This document shows, piece after piece, positions 50,962-59,217 of a stretch of DNA of 64,000 nucleotides. Within the stretch, counting starts at the first letter, position 1. Every line of letters starts with the position of its first letter. The notes beneath the pieces were generated by a model, which worked only from the letters and a program-made list of their open reading frames with translations, searched no databases and was not told where the DNA came from. The stretch is taken from positions 2,180,572-2,244,571 of the forward strand of contig CP030759.1 in the NCBI GenBank assembly GCA_003290465.1, in the 5' to 3' direction. The translations under genes and the position numbers were made by a program. This DNA comes from Candidatus Sumerlaea chitinivorans (lineage in GTDB: Bacteria > Sumerlaeota > Sumerlaeia > Sumerlaeales > Sumerlaeaceae).

Positions 50962-51226
50962 GACCTTATACGTGAGCCGATCAGTTACTTGCCAATGATT
51001 GAAATATCAAGAGTAAAACATCAGGAAATGCACCAATCGTTTTTCGTCAGAACGTAGCAGTCCATTGCTTCGGGAGGCCGCAGGACTCGCAGCTCTTCCA
51101 GAACAGCACCGTTGTCCCTTGGTCGCTTAAGGGGAGAATGATGGGCCAAACGCAACGGGCTTTCCCAGAGTGAACAATGCGGCTATATTCGCCAAATTGT
51201 AAAAATCATCCGTCGAGAACGGCAAA

Positions 51227-51248
51227 ATTTGTGTCTCTTTTCACAAAT
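51227..51248. promoter_or_regulatory. Palindromic operator, Rex-box-like, upstream of fba
   Basis: ATTTGTG-tctctttt-CACAAAT in an AT-rich intergenic region; TTGTG-N8-CACAA spacing of the Rex consensus. Confidence 0.5.
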
Positions 51249-51408
51249 ATAGAAAGATTTTCCCGTTTTGGATCGATTGACTTGCGTCGTGCAATACAGC
51301 TGCGAATAAATTCGCCGCTGCAAACGTCTGTTATCGTAAAGGCTTGACACACCGTTGTCGTCGCCCGTGACTGCGCCTTGAAAATTTGAATTAGAAAGGA
51401 TTTGAAAT

Positions 51409-52440
51409 ATGCCTCTCGTCCCAATGCGCGTATTGCTCGACCACGCGGCCGAAAATGGTTACGGCGTCGCAGCGCTCAACGTCAACAATATGGAGCAGAT
51501 CCAGGCCATCATGGCTGCTGCGGTCGAAACGAACTCCCCCGTCATCATTCAGGCCTCGCGTGGCGCCCGTTCCTATAGTCAGGACGCCTACCTGCGGCAC
51601 CTCATTTTGGCCGCGGCCGAGCTTCATCCCAACATTCCGATCGCTATGCACCTCGACCACGGCAATGCCCCCGAAACTTGCTACAGCGCGATCGCCCAAG
51701 GGTTTACCTCAGTCATGATGGACGGGTCGCTGATGGCCGACGGCAAGACGCCCTCGGATTACGAATATAACGTTCGTGTGACCCGCGAGGTCGTCCAAGT
51801 CGCCCACGCTCTCGGCGTGAGCGTCGAAGGCGAAATCGGCGCTCTCGGTGGCATTGAGGACGGCCACGGCGCCGGTCTGAGCGAAGAGGAAGCCAAGAAG
51901 CACCTCACCGATCCCGCGCAAGCTGAGCAATTCGTCGCGGAAACCGGCGTGGATGCGCTCGCCGTCGCGATCGGCACGAGCCACGGCGCTTACAAGTTCT
52001 CCAAGCCCCCCACAGGCGACGTGCTGAAAATGGACCTCATCGAGGAAATCCATCGCCGTTTGCCCAACACCCACCTCGTGATGCATGGCTCCTCGAGCGT
52101 GCCGCAGGAGTTGGTCGAGATCGTCAACAAATACGGCGGCAAGCTGAAACCCGCGTTCGGTGTTCCGATTGAGCAAATCCAGCGCGGCATCAAGCACGGC
52201 GTGCGCAAGATCAACGTCGACACCGACAACCGCCTCGCCATCACCGGCGCCATCCGCAAGGTCTTCGCGGAGCAGCCTGAGAAGTTCGATCCGCGCGACT
52301 ACCTGAAGCCCGCGCGCGAAGCCATGAAGGAAGTCTGCAAAGAGCGCATGATCGCGTTCGGTCAGGCAGGCCATGCAGATAAAGTCCGCGTTATCTCCTG
52401 CCGCGAGATGATTTCCTTCTATATCTCGCAGAAGAAGTAG
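51409..52440 (+). CDS. fba: Fructose-bisphosphate aldolase class II
   Basis: [51 protein letters not shown]. Confidence 0.96.
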   Translation: MPLVPMRVLLDHAAENGYGVAALNVNNMEQIQAIMAAAVETNSPVIIQASRGARSYSQDAYLRHLILAAAELHPNIPIAMHLDHGNAPETCYSAIAQGFTSVMMDGSLMADGKTPSDYEYNVRVTREVVQVAHALGVSVEGEIGALGGIEDGHGAGLSEEEAKKHLTDPAQAEQFVAETGVDALAVAIGTSHGAYKFSKPPTGDVLKMDLIEEIHRRLPNTHLVMHGSSSVPQELVEIVNKYGGKLKPAFGVPIEQIQRGIKHGVRKINVDTDNRLAITGAIRKVFAEQPEKFDPRDYLKPAREAMKEVCKERMIAFGQAGHADKVRVISCREMISFYISQKK

Positions 52441-52503
52441 CGCACGAATTGCGAGTGGTGCGGCGCCGCTGCGCGCCAGCGGAACTGCACGATCAAAGCT
52501 TTA

Positions 52504-52545
52504 GGGCGAGCGGCTCAAGCCGAGCTGCTCGCCCCTTCTTTATTT
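52504..52545 (+). terminator. Intrinsic terminator of fba
   Basis: GGGCGAGCGGCTC-AAGCC-GAGCTGCTCGCCC (13-bp stem, one G-U) followed by CTTCTTTATTT. Confidence 0.75.
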
Positions 52546-52634
52546 CGCGCCCAAGCCACGCGAGCCGTCTTTTTCGCGACAGGGCCTCGTCCCCACAGCC
52601 TCCCGCAAGCGCAACCCTCACCGTGCGTCTTCGG

Positions 52635-54632
52635 TCAGAACTTAAGTTCGACGCGCTTCTCCTTGAAGAGCTCGTCGCGCTCGAGGTCGCGCCCTTTGCG
52701 CGTCTGCTCCAGCTCGTACATCCGGCGCACCTTAGGCAGCGCTTCTTCAAAGGAGACGACCGGCGCAGGGATCTTCTCCTCGAGCATGATAATCATGACC
52801 TCGGAACCATAGAGGAAAGGTTCGGAAATCTGCCCCACCTTGAGCTTTGCGATTTCGTTGCGGAACGCGTCACCCCGGAATGATGTGGGCACCACTCCAA
52901 TGAGCCCACCGCGCGAGCGCGTGGCAATGGCGTCGCTTTCTCTGCGCGCGTACTCCTCGAAATCCTGCACGGTGCGAATCTTCGATCGAATGTCGTTGAG
53001 CTGCTTCTTCGCGCTTTCGATCGCAGCCTGGCGCTCCGCGTCCGGCAGAAGCAGATTCACGCGCTTCGTGATTTCACGGAGCTTCACTTTCTCAGCCCCA
53101 GTGAACTTGTCCAAGTGCTGTTCGTACCACGCGCGAAGCTCCTCGTCGGTTGGCGGCTTCCGACTTTGCTCGCGACGCCGTAGCCATTCCGTCGTCACTT
53201 CGATGATTTTCTTCGACTCCATTTCGGAGCGATACACAGGATCTTTCTCTAAACCGAGGGCCTTCGATTCGCGCTTGACCAGCTCCATGACGATTTTCGG
53301 CGAGCTCCTTAGGAATTTCAGTCGTTCGTCGTAATTCATCCCACGCCACGATTTCTGGTAGGGCAGCACCTCACGCTGGAAATCGTCGTACGTATAGCGA
53401 AAATCCCCAATCCGCGCGAGCCATGTGGACGCCGTCAGAGGATCCGTGCCCCCCGGATCATCGCGACGCAGCGCCTCCGTGTTCATTTCCAGTTTGTACT
53501 TCGAGCTTAACCGGTCGAAAAGATTGCGACGGGCTGTATCTTCAATCCGGCGTTGGTCCTCGGCACTAAGTTCAATTTTGTTCCGTACCTGTTCAAAGCT
53601 CAACGTCTGCGTTTCCGTACGGTCCATAATCTTCAGAATGTGAAAGCCATGGGGTGACCGCACCACTTCGGTTATGGACGTCCCACGCGCTTGCTCGACA
53701 GCACGCTGGACCTCACTCATCATGTCGGATTCGAGTTTGAAGACTTCCTTACGCCGGCTCGCCGGGGCGTCGCTGTGTTTCTCGGCAAGTTCCAGAAAAT
53801 CCGCCCCAGCAATCGCCTCCGCACGAAGTTTCTTCGCGAGCGCCTCTTTCGACGTCAGCTCATCCTTCTTGAGGGGCACGAGAAGTTTTTCACCCGCTTG
53901 CACCTCACGGTAATCCACTTCCCCCGTCTCAACCCCCGGCGAGCGACGATAAAAGTGAAATGGATCTTCCCTCAGGATACGGCGCACCGCTTGCGGATCG
54001 CCCGCCTCGCGCTTTGCAATCTCCGCGAGCGTTTCGCCAGACTTCACTTCGTAACTTTTGTAAGCCGACAGATAAATTTCCGCCAGTTTTGTGACCCCCG
54101 GCACCGTGTACTTCGTGGCCTTCTCCTGCTCGTAAAGTTCGCGCATCCGCTCCTCACGCGCCTTTTCGAGCTCCTTGGCGAAGACGCGCTCGTAGTACAG
54201 GCGGTTGAAGACCTCTCCTTCGTACTCCGCAAGTTTCTCCCGGATCGTACTCGTGTTCTCGTCAATGCCTTCGGTCTTGGCTTTTTCATAGAGGAAGCGT
54301 TCGTAGAGAAAATCCTTCACTACCTCGCGGAGGACCGCATCCGAGGCGTTTAGGATCACTGCCGGCGAAAACTGCGCCAACGCGCGTGGCTTGCGAAGTT
54401 GGAGCGTTGCCGACAATTCCTCTTTCGTGAACTGCCCCCCATCGTAGGTTGCGAGCACCTCCGGCAGCCTTGCCAAGCGTTTTGCAAGGGCTCCTTCCAT
54501 GGATTCCGACGGCGTCGTGCCGCCATCCTTCGCAACGGTTCCGGTTGTCTCCTCAGCCCAGCCGGACCCTGTGCTCAGCGTCAGCAACGTCACCGCGATG
54601 AGGCTCACCAATTGCCGTACCAGTTGTTTCAT
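52635..54632 (-). CDS. Periplasmic parvulin-type peptidyl-prolyl isomerase/chaperone with two PpiC-like domains and an inserted LysM-like module
   Basis: Signal peptide; F.ELAEKHSD, SPHGFHIL, YARRESD...GGLIG, VGQISEP; YEVKSGETLAEIAK (LysM start). Confidence 0.85.
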   Translation of the reverse strand: MKQLVRQLVSLIAVTLLTLSTGSGWAEETTGTVAKDGGTTPSESMEGALAKRLARLPEVLATYDGGQFTKEELSATLQLRKPRALAQFSPAVILNASDAVLREVVKDFLYERFLYEKAKTEGIDENTSTIREKLAEYEGEVFNRLYYERVFAKELEKAREERMRELYEQEKATKYTVPGVTKLAEIYLSAYKSYEVKSGETLAEIAKREAGDPQAVRRILREDPFHFYRRSPGVETGEVDYREVQAGEKLLVPLKKDELTSKEALAKKLRAEAIAGADFLELAEKHSDAPASRRKEVFKLESDMMSEVQRAVEQARGTSITEVVRSPHGFHILKIMDRTETQTLSFEQVRNKIELSAEDQRRIEDTARRNLFDRLSSKYKLEMNTEALRRDDPGGTDPLTASTWLARIGDFRYTYDDFQREVLPYQKSWRGMNYDERLKFLRSSPKIVMELVKRESKALGLEKDPVYRSEMESKKIIEVTTEWLRRREQSRKPPTDEELRAWYEQHLDKFTGAEKVKLREITKRVNLLLPDAERQAAIESAKKQLNDIRSKIRTVQDFEEYARRESDAIATRSRGGLIGVVPTSFRGDAFRNEIAKLKVGQISEPFLYGSEVMIIMLEEKIPAPVVSFEEALPKVRRMYELEQTRKGRDLERDELFKEKRVELKF

Positions 54633-54747
54633 ACCGCTTTCCTTCGTTGAGTTGCGTGGTCTTGCCGAAAGATGAAAAAGCGCAAGCTACACTCTGCTTT
54701 TTTCTCGAATGCAAATGAGCAAGCCGTGTGCCGAACGCCACATCTCT

Positions 54748-56415
54748 TCATGACATCGGTGCGCTCATGGCTGGATCGGAGCTCGTTTGAGCGCCGCTCG
54801 TCGTTTGATCGGTGGCTGCAGGCGCCACGGCAGGCCCGCTGGTTGCACTCTCGCCCTCTTGTGGCGTGGGCCCCGAAGGTGTCAGTGGCGGCACATATTG
54901 GCGGGCCAATTCGGCTGCTCGTTCTGGCGGAATTGGCTCAATTTCCATATTCCAATTCCATTGATCAAAGTACAAGTTCTTGCCGTCGGCCTCGACCTCC
55001 CCGCGCTGGAAGTCCACCGTTTCACTGCGGAAATCCTCCTTCGGGGGGTAGAGCGGCATGCCGAAATCGCAGTTCGTCGCAAGGCGGAAGTGGTCCATGC
55101 TCCCAAACATGAAGTCGCACAGTTCGCGAATTTCCGTCTCGCTCAAGACGTCCTGCGCATAATGCACAAGGTTCACCGCCATGTCGGGGTCTGCGGGCAA
55201 CCAGCCATAGGGCTCCACGTAGAATTCGCACCAGTCGTGCATATTATTGCCGCGCGCGTCAAAGCTCTCCCAGCCCGATTGCCAGCGCGCGGGAATCCCG
55301 TTCATCCTGCAGAGCGCGATAAATAGCATGCCGTGTTGGCCACAATCTCCAGCGCGACGCGACGCGACATAGTGCGAAATGTTATCCAGCGTCGAGTACT
55401 CGCGGGCGTACTGGTAGATCGTGTTCTGGGCAATCCAGTCGTAGATACGGCGTGCGATGAGATACGGGTTTGTCTCCCCGCCCACAATCTCCGAATTCAG
55501 TTTCCGCAGAAGCTCATTGGACAAATCGAGGTGTGGCTTGCGGTCCGCCGCATAGTACGCGTACTCTGGCCCATCCTTGCGGTAAGGCTGGACCTTTGCC
55601 GGGTCCACCTCGCTCGCCCGCGCCCAGCACCGATAGATAAAGCGGACCTGAAACCGCGTTGGCACGTCCTTCTCCGCCCGTTTCTCAAGATAAATTGTCC
55701 GGTGAGGATACTCTGGGGGGGCAACGAGGTAATCGGTTGGATCCGTGCCTAAGATATAGGCGTCGCTCTGGAAGGGGAACATTCGCACGTAGGGCATCCA
55801 GCAGCGCACCAACGCCCCTGCCGGCGCCGCGTTCGCTTTCACCGTCAGAGTGTAAGTGACCATGAAATCCTGCGGCAGGACAAGAAAGTCGCGCGTGAGC
55901 CGGTGCGCCTCTTTGACTCGGCGCGCGTGGTCATAAAGCTTACGGTACGTAAGATCGGGCTTGCGCGAGCGATCGCGTGCTCGAAGCTCGGGCACCCGCA
56001 GGAAGATGTTCGAGACACTCGAGTTCATGAACACCTTGCGACCGTCAATCACTTGGACATCAAAATGCCCGTCGCGCTCCAACCGCTCGAATTCTTCGCG
56101 GCTGAAATCTGGCACACGCTTGCGAATGCCCTCGAAAACCTCTTCCGCGCTACGCTTGTAATCGAGCCGAATGCGGCGCATGCGCTCGATTTCAAACTCA
56201 GCCGCCCGCCGTTCTTCCGCGCTTGCGGTCGCCGTAGTCTCGTCCAACCAGTGCCTCAGCAGGGAAGTCGCTTTCTCAAACTCCCCTCGCTGGCGCAATT
56301 CGATTGCCTCGGCAAGCACCGACCTCTCCTCTGCCCATGTCACGGCGACACCTCCTCCCGCCAGCAGTAATCCCATAAGTACCCCAGCAAGGATTTGTTT
56401 TCCCCGAACATCCAT
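54748..56415 (-). CDS. Secreted transglutaminase-like domain protein
   Basis: Signal peptide; GDCGQH..LFIALCR..GIPAR, HDWCEFY...GWLPADP (Cys-His-Asp triad). Confidence 0.88.
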   Translation of the reverse strand: MDVRGKQILAGVLMGLLLAGGGVAVTWAEERSVLAEAIELRQRGEFEKATSLLRHWLDETTATASAEERRAAEFEIERMRRIRLDYKRSAEEVFEGIRKRVPDFSREEFERLERDGHFDVQVIDGRKVFMNSSVSNIFLRVPELRARDRSRKPDLTYRKLYDHARRVKEAHRLTRDFLVLPQDFMVTYTLTVKANAAPAGALVRCWMPYVRMFPFQSDAYILGTDPTDYLVAPPEYPHRTIYLEKRAEKDVPTRFQVRFIYRCWARASEVDPAKVQPYRKDGPEYAYYAADRKPHLDLSNELLRKLNSEIVGGETNPYLIARRIYDWIAQNTIYQYAREYSTLDNISHYVASRRAGDCGQHGMLFIALCRMNGIPARWQSGWESFDARGNNMHDWCEFYVEPYGWLPADPDMAVNLVHYAQDVLSETEIRELCDFMFGSMDHFRLATNCDFGMPLYPPKEDFRSETVDFQRGEVEADGKNLYFDQWNWNMEIEPIPPERAAELARQYVPPLTPSGPTPQEGESATSGPAVAPAATDQTTSGAQTSSDPAMSAPMS

Positions 56416-56442
56416 TTTCGCCCATCCTTTCGCATCCCGCCA

Positions 56443-56486
56443 TCACGCCGTGCACGCAAGCCTTCGCTTGCATCGTGCAGGCGTGA
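56443..56486. repeat. Long imperfect inverted repeat (hairpin)
   Basis: TCACGCC-G-TGCACG-CAAGC cttc GCTTG-CAT-CGTGCA-GGCGTGA between the deaminase and transglutaminase genes. Confidence 0.55.
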
Positions 56487-56588
56487 CGCACTCGACCGTC
56501 ACGCCTTTGGATGTGCGCGACCCCACGCGGACATGCAAGCCCAAACCCAAGCGCCCCCCGCACCGCCGTGTCCGAATGGGTCTCCGGC

Positions 56589-57089
56589 TCACTCAATCTT
56601 GATGAGTTCAATGCCAAGCTGCTGCGCAACCTCGAACACTTTCTGCTCGCGGTAGAACTCCCCGTAGAACACTCGTCGGATTCCAGCGTTCGCGATCAGC
56701 TTGAAACATTCCCAGCATGGGCTGGCCGTGGTATAGATGTCTGCGCCTTCGATGCGCACGCCATGACGCGCGGCTTGAATGATGGCGTTTGCCTCAGCGT
56801 GGACGGTGCGCACGCAGTGGCCTCCCACCATGTCGTGCCCGACGTCGTCGCAATGGGGCAGTCCGCGAATGGAACCGTTGTAGCCCGTGGATAATATGTT
56901 CTTGTCACGCACGATCACCGCCCCCACGTGCTTGCGGTCGCACGTCGAGCGCGAAGCCACCACATGCGCAATGTTCATAAAATAGTGATGCCAGCCGACG
57001 CGCCCTTTGCCCTCGAGCTTACGCCCCGCTTCTTCGGCGCGGCGGTTTTCATCCTCCAAGAACTTCTGGACGTCCTGCGGATCGGTCAT
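56589..57089 (-). CDS. dCMP deaminase (ComEB/Dcd family)
   Basis: RSTC..VGAVIV, GYNG, HAEANAI, PCWEC; ATG 57089 after GAAGGAG. Confidence 0.9.
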   Translation of the reverse strand: MTDPQDVQKFLEDENRRAEEAGRKLEGKGRVGWHHYFMNIAHVVASRSTCDRKHVGAVIVRDKNILSTGYNGSIRGLPHCDDVGHDMVGGHCVRTVHAEANAIIQAARHGVRIEGADIYTTASPCWECFKLIANAGIRRVFYGEFYREQKVFEVAQQLGIELIKIE

Positions 57090-57298
57090 GCGCGCACTCC
57101 TTCCTTCAAGCTGTCCCGGCGTCGTCGCCGCCACAGCGCCCTTGCGCTGCGCACGTCATTTCGCCGCACACCAGTAGACCCATGGTTTGCTTTGTACGGC
57201 GCGTCGCCGGAATCATTGACCGCGAAGTTGCGCACAACATGAGCGCAAAAAGCAAGCGGATAGCACGGGTGTCCGCAGGCTTAGCGATCTGGGTAACG

Positions 57299-59200
57299 TC
57301 AATTTTCGGCCGAGTGGAGCCCACCGGCGCCGGCAAGGAATCGAATGTTGCCCAGCTCCGGGTTTTCAGGATCCGATTGCGCGCAATTCCATAGGCACGC
57401 CCCGCAATGCACGCACTTCTCGCGGTCGAACGCTGGGGGGCCGCCCTCTTCGCCCGGCATGATCGCTTGCCCCGAGCACATTTCAATGCAAACGCGCGTG
57501 CGGCATTGCTCGCAGAGATTTCGGCGCAGGAACATCACGTGGTCGCGGTAACCGGGCGGCGCCTGCACCTTTCCCCCGATGAGCAGGGCATCCTGATGAG
57601 AGACCAGCAACTTCCCATCGAATGGGATGGGTGGCCAGCCGACGCGGTCCATGAGCGCGTCGTGAAGCGGCTTGCCCTCAGCCGCACATCGCGCACGGAT
57701 CTCCTCGAGTTCGGGCGGCGAGATTTTTCCACGGTAGTACTCTTCCAGTGAAGGAATCCGTTTCGCGGGCGGGCGGTGACGCCCCGGCATGTTCAGCAAG
57801 CCTTTCGTCAGACCCGTCAGTCCCATGCCAATGAGCCCGGCCACGAATCCGCGGGTGAAGCCATCTCGGCTTTTCTCTGCGATGCGGGCTTCGCGCTCAA
57901 GCCAGCTTGCCCGCCGACGCCGAACGTAGGCGCGCTCCAGATTCTCGCGCGTGAAGGGACGATTTTGCCGCAGGAGATCCAGAACCGCCTCGGCAAGCAA
58001 CTCGCCCGTCAGCCACGCCTCGTCCACGCCACTGCCCGTGAGCACGTTCGTGCTGCCCGACCCCTCACCGATACGCGCATAGCCATCGCCGACCAGATAT
58101 GGCTCGCCGCGCCGGCCACTCTCGAAAAGCGTCTTAGCCCCGAAGCTTCGAAGCGAGCCACCTTGTACGTGTTTCCACAGAGCCGGATGCATCAGCCAGT
58201 GCTGGAGGTAGCGGTACGCCGTCCGCGCAGGGTGATCGAGCCACGACGGCACAAAAATCCCCGCGCTGGCAACGCCACCTTCGTACACGTAGAGGAAGCC
58301 AAAGATCTCAGGCTCAGGATAACCAAACGTGTGGATGACCGTTCCTGGCTGAAGCGCGCACGCAGGCGGCAAGTCAATGACCACCTTCATCCCCACCGCC
58401 CATTCCGTGCGTGAGTGGCCCTCGGGCAGGCCAAAGTGCTCATCCAGAGCGCGTCCGACCGGCCCCACGGGCCCATCACCGATCACGGTAAGCGCCGCCC
58501 GAATCTCCATTCCTGGCATGTAATTCGCATCCGGATTCCCCGCGCGATCGGTCCCCTGATCCACAAGCTGCACGCCCACGACGCGGTTGTCCTCCACGAT
58601 CGGCTTCTCCACGGGCGTAGCCGGCCAGATCTGCACGTTACCGCGCCCCATGATTTGCGAACCGACCCACTGATTGAACTGCCCGATCGCCAATAGCAGC
58701 CCGTCGTGTTTGCGCAGGAAGGGAGGAATCCAAGGAAGCCGAAGCGCATCGTCCCGCAGAAGCCCGAAACCCCGCGTCGCCCGAATCAGGCGGTCCGCAA
58801 TCCGCAAGGTTCGCGAGCGGCGACTTGCGCCAATTGGATCCAGCAGGTAGTACACTTCCTCATGGCGCACCGGCGTCGCAAAGGGCACTTCTTTCGTCAG
58901 GTCCGTGTTCGGAAAAGCGGCGCGAATCGCCCGCGCGCGCGTCACCACTCCCGAGACGCCAAAGCCGATATCGTCGGCCCGCTCGTAGCAGATTACCTGC
59001 AGCGGCATGCCGGGCACGGCTCGGCTTTCAAAACGCGGCGCACCATGCTCGTCCGTCAGCTCCCGATCCAAGCGCGTGAGAAAGCCCGCCGTCGCAGGGC
59101 CAAACCCCACGCACACGATGTCCACGTCCATGCGCATGCGCTCAACGGGGGCAACTGCAACCTCTCCAACACTTTCCATCTTGCTGTTCTCCTTGCTCAA
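57299..59200 (-). CDS. ETF:quinone oxidoreductase / FixC-FixX fusion-like flavoprotein
   Basis: VGFGPA FAD-binding, IFGFLY, GEGSG.TN..G.G, C-terminal CEQC..CIEMC and CVHCGAC..NC ferredoxin motifs. Confidence 0.8.
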   Translation of the reverse strand: MSKENSKMESVGEVAVAPVERMRMDVDIVCVGFGPATAGFLTRLDRELTDEHGAPRFESRAVPGMPLQVICYERADDIGFGVSGVVTRARAIRAAFPNTDLTKEVPFATPVRHEEVYYLLDPIGASRRSRTLRIADRLIRATRGFGLLRDDALRLPWIPPFLRKHDGLLLAIGQFNQWVGSQIMGRGNVQIWPATPVEKPIVEDNRVVGVQLVDQGTDRAGNPDANYMPGMEIRAALTVIGDGPVGPVGRALDEHFGLPEGHSRTEWAVGMKVVIDLPPACALQPGTVIHTFGYPEPEIFGFLYVYEGGVASAGIFVPSWLDHPARTAYRYLQHWLMHPALWKHVQGGSLRSFGAKTLFESGRRGEPYLVGDGYARIGEGSGSTNVLTGSGVDEAWLTGELLAEAVLDLLRQNRPFTRENLERAYVRRRRASWLEREARIAEKSRDGFTRGFVAGLIGMGLTGLTKGLLNMPGRHRPPAKRIPSLEEYYRGKISPPELEEIRARCAAEGKPLHDALMDRVGWPPIPFDGKLLVSHQDALLIGGKVQAPPGYRDHVMFLRRNLCEQCRTRVCIEMCSGQAIMPGEEGGPPAFDREKCVHCGACLWNCAQSDPENPELGNIRFLAGAGGLHSAEN

Positions 59201-59217
59201 CGATGTCGCAATCCGCT

